Source of the DNA: Bacillota bacterium
GTDB taxonomy: Bacteria > Bacillota > SHA-98 > UBA4971
Reading direction: 5' to 3'
Length of the DNA stretch: 64,000 nucleotides
Assembly (NCBI GenBank): GCA_040752635.1
Contig: JBFMGS010000003.1
Span: 27,528-91,527, forward strand
Every line of letters begins with the position of its first letter. Position 1 is the first letter of the stretch. The notes beneath the pieces are model-generated. The model was not told where the DNA came from. It saw nothing but the letters and a program-made list of their open reading frames with translations, and did not search any database. Made by a program: the position numbers and the translations under genes. This document shows positions 18,594 to 28,549 of this stretch, one piece after another.

Positions 18594-20476
18594 TATGAGA
18601 CCCCCTTGATGCGCCTTGCAAGAACCTGCGGCGCCACCCTGAGTTCGGGACACACCCCACACCCCACGCACTCTCCCAGCCGACAGTCGGGCGTGGGAAT
18701 CCCCTCTGCCGCGCGCTTCGACTCGGCGACCAGGTACTCCTTGGACACCCCCACGCTGATATGGTCCCACGGCAACACGTCCTCGTAGTCCCAGTGGCTG
18801 CTCGCGTAAAACCTGGGGTCGATGTGACATTCCTCAAATGCTTTCATCCAATTGTCGAACCGGAGCTGCTCGTGCCACGCGTCGAACTTGCATCCGAGGC
18901 GTGCTGCTGCTGCTTCGATTGCCGGCGCAAGGCGCCTGTCACCCCGTGAGAACACAGCCTCGAGAAAGCTTGCCTTGACGTCGTGCCACGAAAGCTTCAA
19001 CCCCCTGCCGCGCAGGTGCTTCTTGAGGTAATCCTGTCTTGCGACGAGTTCTTCCATGGGAGCCTGAGGGTGCCACTGAAACGGCGTATGGGCCTTAGGG
19101 ACGAACGACGAAACGCTCACTGTAACCTCGGGATGCCTTGACACGCCCTGGCGGCGCAGTTCCTCCCGGCCGCGCGCAAGGACCTCCTTTGCCAGGTCAA
19201 CCATGCCTGCCAGGTCATCCTCGTTCTCCGTGGGCAAGCCGATCATGAAATACAGTTTGATCGACTGCCACCCGGCCGAAAATGCCGCCGAGGCGGCTTC
19301 CAGCAGGTCCTCGCGGGTTACGCCCTTGTTGATGACATCGCGCAGCCTTTGTGTCCCCGCCTCGGGTGCGAAAGTGAGCCCGCTCTTGCGCCCCTTTTGC
19401 ACCTCCTTTGCAAGACCGACAGAAAACGAGTCCACGCGAAGCGACGGGAGAGAGACCGCCACGCCTGCCTGTGCATACCGGGCCAGAAGCTTCGAGACAA
19501 GCTCCCTGATGTCCGAGTAATCCGCACTTGAGAGGGACATGAGAGATATCTCTTCGTATCCCGTGTTCTCCACGAGGCGCTCGGCAAGTTCGCAGAGTTG
19601 TCCGAGCTTCCTTTCCCTCACCGGCCGGTATACCATGCCCGCCTGGCAAAACCGGCACCCGCGGGAGCATCCCCGAAACACCTCAAGCATTATGCGATCG
19701 TGGATGACATCTATAGACGGCACGACAAGCCTGTCGGGAAACGGGACTGCCCTTATGTCTTTTACGACCCTCTTTCTCACAGGATATGCTGCAGCGCGGC
19801 TCGTCGGAGATATCTCTGCAAGTTTCCCGTCATCCCTGTAATGAACCTCGTAGAACGACGGCACGTACACTCCGCTGACTCCCGCCAGGGCTTCGAGAAG
19901 TCCTGCGCGCGACAGGTTCTGCTTCTTCGCCTCCTTGTAAACGTCAACTATCTCCTCGATAGCCTCCTCGCCCTCTCCAATCAAGATGGCATCGAGGAAC
20001 GGAGCCATAGGCTCCGGATTGTAGGCGCTCGCCCCCCCGGCAATGACGAGCGGGTCGGCCTCGCTCCTTTCGGCGGAGCGAAGCGGGATACCCGCAAGTT
20101 GCAGCATCGCCAGGACGTTCGTATAGGACAGCTCATATTGAAGGCTGAACCCCAGGATGTGAAAGTCCCGAACGGGCGAGTATGACTCCAGGGAGTAGAG
20201 CGGGATGCGTTTCTCCACCATCGCGCCTTGCATGTCCACCCATGGCATGAATGTTCGCTCGCACGCGACGTCGTCCCGCCGGTTCAGGATGTGGTATAGG
20301 ATCCTCAAACCCAGATGGGACATGCCGACCTCATAGACATCGGGAAAGGCCAGCAGTACCCTGACTTCGACCTCGCCGAGATCCTTACACACTGCGCTCC
20401 ATTCGCCACCTACGTATCGCGCCGGCTTCTCTACCGTGTCCAGGATCTCGTCGAGAAGCTCCAAATTCACCTGCAT
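18593..20476 (-). CDS. B12-binding-domain radical SAM protein of unknown function (recalled as the TIGR03960 family)
   Basis: 627 aa with an N-terminal B12-binding-like domain and the radical SAM motif CSRGCRFCQAG. Confidence 0.75.
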   Translation of the reverse strand: MQVNLELLDEILDTVEKPARYVGGEWSAVCKDLGEVEVRVLLAFPDVYEVGMSHLGLRILYHILNRRDDVACERTFMPWVDMQGAMVEKRIPLYSLESYSPVRDFHILGFSLQYELSYTNVLAMLQLAGIPLRSAERSEADPLVIAGGASAYNPEPMAPFLDAILIGEGEEAIEEIVDVYKEAKKQNLSRAGLLEALAGVSGVYVPSFYEVHYRDDGKLAEISPTSRAAAYPVRKRVVKDIRAVPFPDRLVVPSIDVIHDRIMLEVFRGCSRGCRFCQAGMVYRPVRERKLGQLCELAERLVENTGYEEISLMSLSSADYSDIRELVSKLLARYAQAGVAVSLPSLRVDSFSVGLAKEVQKGRKSGLTFAPEAGTQRLRDVINKGVTREDLLEAASAAFSAGWQSIKLYFMIGLPTENEDDLAGMVDLAKEVLARGREELRRQGVSRHPEVTVSVSSFVPKAHTPFQWHPQAPMEELVARQDYLKKHLRGRGLKLSWHDVKASFLEAVFSRGDRRLAPAIEAAAARLGCKFDAWHEQLRFDNWMKAFEECHIDPRFYASSHWDYEDVLPWDHISVGVSKEYLVAESKRAAEGIPTPDCRLGECVGCGVCPELRVAPQVLARRIKGVS

Positions 20477-20612
20477 TCGCTATCTCCCCGCCCGGCTCAC
20501 AACTTTCGCCAATGCTAATCGCGGACTTGCGTCTCAGCCATAGTATTCGCCTGTGACAACCTTGGGAATCCCGCCGCGTGGAACCCGCCAAGACAGCGTT
20601 CACCCGACCAAC

Positions 20613-20621
20613 ATTCTACCA
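20613..20621 (-). promoter_or_regulatory. Candidate extended -10 promoter (TGgTAGAAT) for the radical-SAM/rng operon
   Basis: The minus strand reads TGGTAGAAT, ~130 nt upstream of the ATG at 20476. There is no convincing -35. Confidence 0.3.
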
Positions 20622-20659
20622 GATTCCATTGGGCTCCGCCATGAGAACATGCACCGTGG

Positions 20660-21532
20660 CTATATGACGAGAATCCTGACAGGCGCATCGGGGCCATGCT
20701 TTACCATTGCCTCCAGGACGTCTATCTCAGTGATGATCCCGAGAAGCTTGAGTTCTCTGCTGAATACCAGCACGACGTTGAGTTTCCCCGGTTCCAGCCT
20801 CCTCACAACGTCCCGAAACAACGTGGCCTCCTGCACTGCCAGGAGTTGGGTAGATATAGCGCCGGTCTCCAGGAACCGGCGCTTCTTGCGCAGGCTGTCC
20901 CTTATTCTGTCATACGGCGCCTGGCGGGCTTCTTTTGTCGCTGCGAACACCAGAAAGCCACCGAGGGTGGGTACCAGCACGTTGCATCGGCCGAGGTACG
21001 CGAGAATGGAGCCGGCTGATAGCACTGTCGCGCCCGCCAGGCGCCCGACTCTAACGGCGAGGGCGGTAGCCCTTGCAAGCCCGATGCGCGGGGCGAGCAC
21101 AGCACGGAGTATGCGCCCACCGTCGAGGGGAATGGCAGGAAGGAGGTTGAAGATGCCGATGGCAAGGTTTGTTTCGACGAGAAAACGCGCGAAGCTCGGC
21201 GCGATGTGGCCGTTACGCTGAAGCACCGCAGCGAAGACGGCGAATGCGAAATTGTGAATGGGCCCGGCCGCTGCCGTGATAGCCTCTGCCGCAGGCTGAA
21301 GAGCGAGCGGCTCAGAGAAGACAGCGACCCCGCCGAAAGGCAAAAGCTCGATTCTCTCCGCCCTGAAGCCAAAGCACGACGCTGCCGCTATGTGTGCAAG
21401 CTCGTGTAAAACTACGATCCAGAAAGCCACCAGCGTTTCGCGGACAAGCCCGGCAGACGAGTAGACAAGCAAGAGCAGCACGAGAAAGGGGTTAATCCGG
21501 AACTCGATGCCGCAGATACGGGCAACCCTCAC
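20660..21532 (-). CDS. spoIVFB: SpoIVFB-like site-2 metalloprotease (peptidase M50, C-terminal CBS-like domain)
   Basis: An HExxH motif within a TM segment (VLHELAHIAAASCFG) in a polytopic protein. The gene order M23-M50 downstream of minCD is as in Bacillus spoIVFA-spoIVFB. Its start overlaps the upstream stop (ATGA). Confidence 0.7.
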   Translation of the reverse strand: MRVARICGIEFRINPFLVLLLLVYSSAGLVRETLVAFWIVVLHELAHIAAASCFGFRAERIELLPFGGVAVFSEPLALQPAAEAITAAAGPIHNFAFAVFAAVLQRNGHIAPSFARFLVETNLAIGIFNLLPAIPLDGGRILRAVLAPRIGLARATALAVRVGRLAGATVLSAGSILAYLGRCNVLVPTLGGFLVFAATKEARQAPYDRIRDSLRKKRRFLETGAISTQLLAVQEATLFRDVVRRLEPGKLNVVLVFSRELKLLGIITEIDVLEAMVKHGPDAPVRILVI

Positions 21533-22512
21533 AACGCGTCCCGCCTGCCCCCCTGAAGATAGGCGAAGGGGTCGCGGGGCCTGCCATCCACGGCTACCTC
21601 GAAGTGCAAATGCGGGCCGGTGGAAAGCCCGGTACTACCGACTTCGGCCACCTTCTGGCCGGCCCGAACACGATCGCCAGGCTGCACCATGACCTTCGAG
21701 CAATGGGCATAGAGCGTCGTAAGCCCGCGGCCATGGTCTATCTCGACTATGGTCCCGTACGTGCCCAAGGGGCCAACTCGTTCCACCCTCCCGCCAGCCG
21801 CGGCCTTGATCGGTGTTCCCTCGGGCGCCGCAATGTCCACCCCCTCATGAAAGAGGCGCCTCTCGTATATGGGATGGATTCTGTAGCCGAAGCCGTAGGT
21901 TATCTGGCCGTGCACGGGCACCATAAGCTTCGGCGGTTTCCAGGTTTCGGATGACGTCTTCCCGTTATCGCCGGCTTTCCGTGTGGAAGAAACGGCTGGC
22001 TCTGCCTCTCTGGTACGCGCTCCCGTGCCGGAGAACGCGGCAGTGACGGAATTCGCGTTAGCTTCCGGCCGGCCCGCCGCTCCGCCCAGCAAGCCCTGTG
22101 CTGCCACGTTATAGCCGTCCACACGAAGATGCGAGGAGGACAGTGCCTGAGGTTCGGCCAGGTCGATCTCGCGATGGTTGCCTTCCGGCCCCCCACCGGC
22201 GGGCGAGACCGAGGTCTGCTCCTGGGTGGCCGGCGGATTGTCTTCGTTCACACTGGGAACATCCCGCTCCGGTGGCATGTCGGGCTTCGTAACCCCTGCA
22301 GCCTCGGTGGACCACGGGTTCCAGTTGAGGACCTTTGCGGCAACGACCTTCGCTGTTTTGACAAGACCCGAAAGATCCGTGCTTTCGGTGAGAATGGTGG
22401 CCACGTACGGCCTTACGGTGCTCGCAAGGGGGAAATGGCCTTTCGTAACGGCAAGAACACAAACGAAGATAGAAAGAGAGGCAAGGATGTCCCGGGCCAG
22501 TTTTCTTGGCAT
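21529..22512 (-). CDS. M23/LytM-family metallopeptidase in the SpoIVFA position
   Basis: An N-terminal TM segment, a low-complexity linker, and a C-terminal M23 domain: HEGVDIAAPEGTPIKAAAGGRV...GTIVEIDHG.GLTTLYAHCS...G..V..G..VA.VGSTG.STGPHLHFEV. Confidence 0.75.
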   Translation of the reverse strand: MPRKLARDILASLSIFVCVLAVTKGHFPLASTVRPYVATILTESTDLSGLVKTAKVVAAKVLNWNPWSTEAAGVTKPDMPPERDVPSVNEDNPPATQEQTSVSPAGGGPEGNHREIDLAEPQALSSSHLRVDGYNVAAQGLLGGAAGRPEANANSVTAAFSGTGARTREAEPAVSSTRKAGDNGKTSSETWKPPKLMVPVHGQITYGFGYRIHPIYERRLFHEGVDIAAPEGTPIKAAAGGRVERVGPLGTYGTIVEIDHGRGLTTLYAHCSKVMVQPGDRVRAGQKVAEVGSTGLSTGPHLHFEVAVDGRPRDPFAYLQGGRRDAL

Positions 22513-22661
22513 CGTAAGCTCCCCTTCGGGTCACCCCATCGAGGTCCCTGGTGCCGGTTCGGACATGATGCGGCCCCTGTCACGCTCAAAGCGGCGTCGG
22601 TAAAGTATATTGTGGCGCCCTGCACGCTATGCGGCAGCGCCGCCGCATTCACGTCCCTTTG

Positions 22662-23783
22662 TCAGAACAGGATTTTCTGGCGTCTCATGTGGATGTCCAG
22701 GACGAAGCCGATGGCGATGAGGTTTGCAAGGAGGGAGCTGCCACCGTAGCTCAAGAAAGGAAGCGGGATGCCGGTCACGGGCATGAGACTCATCGTCATG
22801 CCGATGTTGACGAGGATATGGAAGAGGAGCATAGACGCCACACCGGTCGCGACCAGCCGACCGAAAGCGTCCTTTGCTATTGCGGCCACCTGAAGACATC
22901 GCCACAGAATGAACGCGTAAAGCGTCAAGACTACTATGGCGCCGATAAACCCCAGCTCTTCCCCGACCACAGAGAAAATGAAGTCAGTGTGGTGGGCGGG
23001 CAGGAAGTTCAGTCGCGCCTGGGTGCCGTGAAAAAGACCTTTGCCGAAGAATCTTCCTGACCCGATGGCTATGGTGGACTGAATGACGTTGTAACCCGTG
23101 CCGGTAGGATCCGCATACGGGTTTAGGAACGCAAGCAGTCGCGCCCGCTGGTAGTCCTTCAGCACAAAGAAGAACAACGCCGGTGAGGCCAGCGCTCCCA
23201 CACCGACTATCGCCAGCAAGTCCTTTCCTCTTGCCCCCGCCACATATAACATGCCGAGGGTTATTCCGCAGAACACCAGGGCGGTGCCGAGATCGTTCTG
23301 AAGGAGCACGAGCACCATGGGGACCGCGACATGTAGAAACGCCATGGCAAGACCCCGGCGCGACGCCACGTCATCTGCCTCAGCCAGGTGACGGGCAAAG
23401 GTGAGAATGACCGCAACCTTCGCAAGTTCCGAAGGCTGCAGGGCGAGCGGGCCGAGACGAAACCAGCTCTGTGCACCGGAGATGCGCCGCCCCATCACCA
23501 GGACCAACACGAGCATGGTCACATTCACGAAGTACAGCACTTTATGTGCTCTCTCTGCGAGCCTGTAGTCCATGGTGAGGATCATGCCCACGAGGAGCGT
23601 TCCTATGACGAACGCCGTTACTTGCCTCTTTACGAAGTAGAGCGCATCGGGTGGCGAGCCCTGCCCTATACCCCCGCGGGTTGCGCTAAACACAACGGCG
23701 AACCCGATAAAGCACATCGCGAGCACCGCAAGGACAAGCGAGTAATCCAGATTCCTGAGCAAACGCCTCTCAAGGATCACCAT
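22662..23783 (-). CDS. rodA: Rod shape-determining SEDS protein RodA
   Basis: 373 aa of the FtsW/RodA/SpoVE family (...TDFIFSVVGEELGFIG...PLPFLSYGGSSLL). It sits in the mre/min/mrdA context. Confidence 0.85.
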   Translation of the reverse strand: MVILERRLLRNLDYSLVLAVLAMCFIGFAVVFSATRGGIGQGSPPDALYFVKRQVTAFVIGTLLVGMILTMDYRLAERAHKVLYFVNVTMLVLVLVMGRRISGAQSWFRLGPLALQPSELAKVAVILTFARHLAEADDVASRRGLAMAFLHVAVPMVLVLLQNDLGTALVFCGITLGMLYVAGARGKDLLAIVGVGALASPALFFFVLKDYQRARLLAFLNPYADPTGTGYNVIQSTIAIGSGRFFGKGLFHGTQARLNFLPAHHTDFIFSVVGEELGFIGAIVVLTLYAFILWRCLQVAAIAKDAFGRLVATGVASMLLFHILVNIGMTMSLMPVTGIPLPFLSYGGSSLLANLIAIGFVLDIHMRRQKILF

Positions 23784-23806
23784 CTGTCACCGGCTCCTGC
23801 TTCGTA

Positions 23807-23830
23807 GGGGGGTTGCCGGTGATTGCCCCC
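23807..23830 (+). repeat. Short copy of the GGGGTTGCCGGTG element (GGGGGGTTGCCGGTGATTGCCCCC)
   Basis: It lies between the minE stop (23844) and the rodA start (23783). It matches the GGTTGCCGGTGATTGC arm of the long copies at 28063 and 57808. Confidence 0.7.
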
Positions 23831-23843
23831 TTCCCTCTCTAAC

Positions 23844-24146
23844 TCAGGCATCGGTCCGCCTCCCGCGGCGCGGCGTCTCTCTGCCCCGTCTCATGCGGAT
23901 CACGGGCGCGCTCGCCACGAGCGCAAGCCGGCTATCCGTGGAGTCAAACCGCACCTTCATACCGGCCTCATCGATATCCACATACTTCCCAAACACCCTG
24001 GCCAGATCGACCCTCAAACCTTCAAACATCCCCGGCGAGACATCGATGCGGTCGTGCGCCAGTACCAGCTTAAGCCGCTCCTTTGCCAGGTTCTTGCTTC
24101 TTGGCTTTGCTCCCCTGCCGAGGATCCGCGAGATGAATTCCAACAC
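23844..24146 (-). CDS. minE: Cell division topological specificity factor MinE
   Basis: MLEFISRILGRGAKPRSKNLAKERLKLVLAHDR is the typical MinE N-terminus. Confidence 0.9.
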   Translation of the reverse strand: MLEFISRILGRGAKPRSKNLAKERLKLVLAHDRIDVSPGMFEGLRVDLARVFGKYVDIDEAGMKVRFDSTDSRLALVASAPVIRMRRGRETPRRGRRTDA

Positions 24147-24164
24147 GGCCTGTCCCTCCCGCCG

Positions 24165-24962
24165 TTACCTCGCTACGCCGATAAACCGCTTGAACCTCAA
24201 CCAGAGGCTTGGCACCTCCATCGACATGAAAGGCACTTCTTCACCTTCAATACGCGCGGCGATTCGGCGGAACGCCTCGCCGGCCCGGGACACCCCGTCA
24301 AGCACCGCGGGTTCACCCTTGTTTGTCGAGGTGATAACGCTCTCATCATCGGGCACCACGCCGAGCAGATCGATGGCAAGGATGTCTATGACGTCGTCGA
24401 TGCCGAGCATATCACCACGCCTGACCATCTCCGGCCGAACCCTGTTGACGACCAGCCTTGGCTCTCCTAGCCCTTCGGCTTCGAGCAACCCAACGATCCT
24501 GTCGGCGTCACGCACCGCAGACACTTCCGGCGTGGTCACGATGATCGCTGCCTCGGCGCCGGCGATCGCGTTCTTAAAGCCATGCTCTATCCCGGCCGGA
24601 CAGTCGATCATAACGTAATCAAACTCCCCCGCCAGACTTGTGGTAAGCTCTTTCATCTGATCCGGTCGGACCGCCTCTTTGTCCTTGGATTGTGCCGCTG
24701 GTAGCAGGAACAACGTCTGCAACCTCTTGTCCCTTATCAGGGCCTGCCGGAGGCGACACTTGCCCTCGATTACGTGGACGATGTCGTACACTATCCTGTT
24801 CTCAAGGCCGAGAACTATGTCCAGGTTACGTAGGCCGATGTCTGCGTCAACGAGAGCCACCTTCTTGCCGCGTGCGGCAAGGCCGCATCCGATATTGGCG
24901 ACCGCGGTCGTCTTGCCGACTCCGCCCTTACCAGAGGTGACTACTATCACCTTTCCTCCCAT
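24165..24962 (-). CDS. minD: Septum site-determining ATPase MinD
   Basis: VIVVTSGKGGVGKTT is the deviant Walker A. 265 aa. Confidence 0.95.
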   Translation of the reverse strand: MGGKVIVVTSGKGGVGKTTAVANIGCGLAARGKKVALVDADIGLRNLDIVLGLENRIVYDIVHVIEGKCRLRQALIRDKRLQTLFLLPAAQSKDKEAVRPDQMKELTTSLAGEFDYVMIDCPAGIEHGFKNAIAGAEAAIIVTTPEVSAVRDADRIVGLLEAEGLGEPRLVVNRVRPEMVRRGDMLGIDDVIDILAIDLLGVVPDDESVITSTNKGEPAVLDGVSRAGEAFRRIAARIEGEEVPFMSMEVPSLWLRFKRFIGVAR

Positions 24963-25714
24963 GCAAGTTCCTCCTCCAACTCGGCCTTCTTCGCAGAATA
25001 GGCCTCGATCACTATCCTGTCCTCCCTTATCCTCGCTATCTCAGGACTGCGTGGTGCCCTATGGTCGCCATCCGGGGGTCGCGCAATGAAGTCTGCAATC
25101 CGCAGCTGTGTCGGTATAAGCCGCAGAGCAACCACTATCGCGCGTTTGTTGTCAGGCGTTCCGGCGTGAGCAACGCCCCGCAGGGCACCTACAATCACGA
25201 TGTCCCCCCCGGCCACCACCTCAGCTCCCGCGTTCACATCCCCGAGCACGACCACGTTTCCCGCGAACGTGACGCGTTGGCCTGACCGTAGCGTCCTTCT
25301 AACCAGGAACGTTTCGCTGGAAAGCTGTCCAGAGGATGAAAGGTCGCCCCGGGCGACCTCGCTGGGAGCAGGCTGACCCACCTCAGGAGCAGGCCGCGGA
25401 CGGCCCGCGGGCGCTCCAGCTGCACCGTGGCTTGCCAACGTCCGTCCGATGGCTGAGAGGCCGATGCCCCCGACAACCCTTGACACGGATATTCCAAAGG
25501 ACTCGATTATACCGACAAGTTCCCTCATGTCGTCCTCGGACAGCGCAAGCTCGCCGACATCGAGGATCGCTCGGGTGGCCCCTGCAAAGAACCCGCTGGT
25601 ACTCTCAAGCTTCGCCGCGAGCTTACCTTTCAGGCTCACGAAGTCGTCATCATGCGGCAGGATAACGCAGAGCCCCTGCTTCGTCCCTTTGAATATCACA
25701 TCCTCCGTCTTCAT
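24947..25714 (-). CDS. minC: Septum site-determining protein MinC
   Basis: A C-terminal beta-helix (GNVVVLGDVNAGAEVVAGGDIVIVGALRGVAHAG) immediately upstream of minD. Confidence 0.85.
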   Translation of the reverse strand: MKTEDVIFKGTKQGLCVILPHDDDFVSLKGKLAAKLESTSGFFAGATRAILDVGELALSEDDMRELVGIIESFGISVSRVVGGIGLSAIGRTLASHGAAGAPAGRPRPAPEVGQPAPSEVARGDLSSSGQLSSETFLVRRTLRSGQRVTFAGNVVVLGDVNAGAEVVAGGDIVIVGALRGVAHAGTPDNKRAIVVALRLIPTQLRIADFIARPPDGDHRAPRSPEIARIREDRIVIEAYSAKKAELEEELAWEER

Positions 25715-25804
25715 CTTCAGCAGAGCGCGCCTCCTCCCAAACCCACCCGAGCCACGCCGGGCGAATGAGTAGAGACATCGCCCGGAAAGCTGGTAAGTCG
25801 AAAA

Positions 25805-25838
25805 GTGGTATGGATTTCCGGCGTGGTATGGATTTCCG
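25805..25838. repeat. Exact tandem direct repeat GTGGTATGGATTTCCG x2 (18-bp period)
   Basis: Copies at 25805-25820 and 25823-25838 are identical and separated by GC. They lie in the 220-nt mrdA-minC intergenic region. Confidence 0.9.
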
Positions 25839-25934
25839 ACAGCGAACTCAGTCTAACTTCACCAGGGGAGGACGCAATTCCTTCCGTTTCGAGCACAAAA
25901 CCTTCGCGCCCACCCGTTGAACGGGATCGAGAAC

Positions 25935-27956
<2,022 letters not shown>

Positions 27957-28062
27957 AGTCGCTCCCTCCGGATACCCGCACGCACCCGCACGCGTTCACA
28001 TAGCTGGTCGCCAAGTAGTCGTCATTGATTCATGCCGCTTTTCAGCATGCGGTGTCTACCTA

Positions 28063-28384
28063 GGGTTGCCGGTGTCGCATTCCGGGTTCCCACTCGGAGG
28101 GAGGCATACCCCACCCCACTCCTGACGGTACTCGCTCGAAGGTATGGAGGAGGCAGGATCGAGTGCCTCCTATAGTGCCTACCCTAAGGCACGAGATCCG
28201 TCTTGCTTCTCGAAGGGGGGAATACCCCCCTTCCGACGGGTCTTACGACCCTGCCTCCCCCCTACCTTCGAGCGGGTTTGGCGACAGGGTACTGGCCCGC
28301 CCTCTGCAGGGCGCCTCCGGTTAATTCGGCCCGCAGGCATATGGCCGAATTAACAGGCCCCGTCATACAATCACCGGCAACCCC
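28063..28384 (-). repeat. Long copy A (322 nt) of the GGGGTTGCCGGTG-capped structured palindromic element, carrying a nested 161-nt insertion
   Basis: The termini GGGTTGCCGGTGTCGCAT ... ATACAATCACCGGCAACCCC pair with each other. The interior is ~90% identical to 57808-57967 apart from the insertion at 28135-28295. It lies between mreD and mrdA. Confidence 0.85.
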
Positions 28385-28549
28385 AAAGTGGGACGCATTT
28401 CTGAACGAGGCCGTTGGTTTTCTCCACCTACTAATCAAAACGTCCATAGAATGGTGTGTTTATATGCCCTTTAATCCGCGTGGTTTAGTTGATTCCAGAA
28501 TACATCATGCCAGTCGATGGCAAAAACCAGCGGCCTCCTGAACTCCCAC

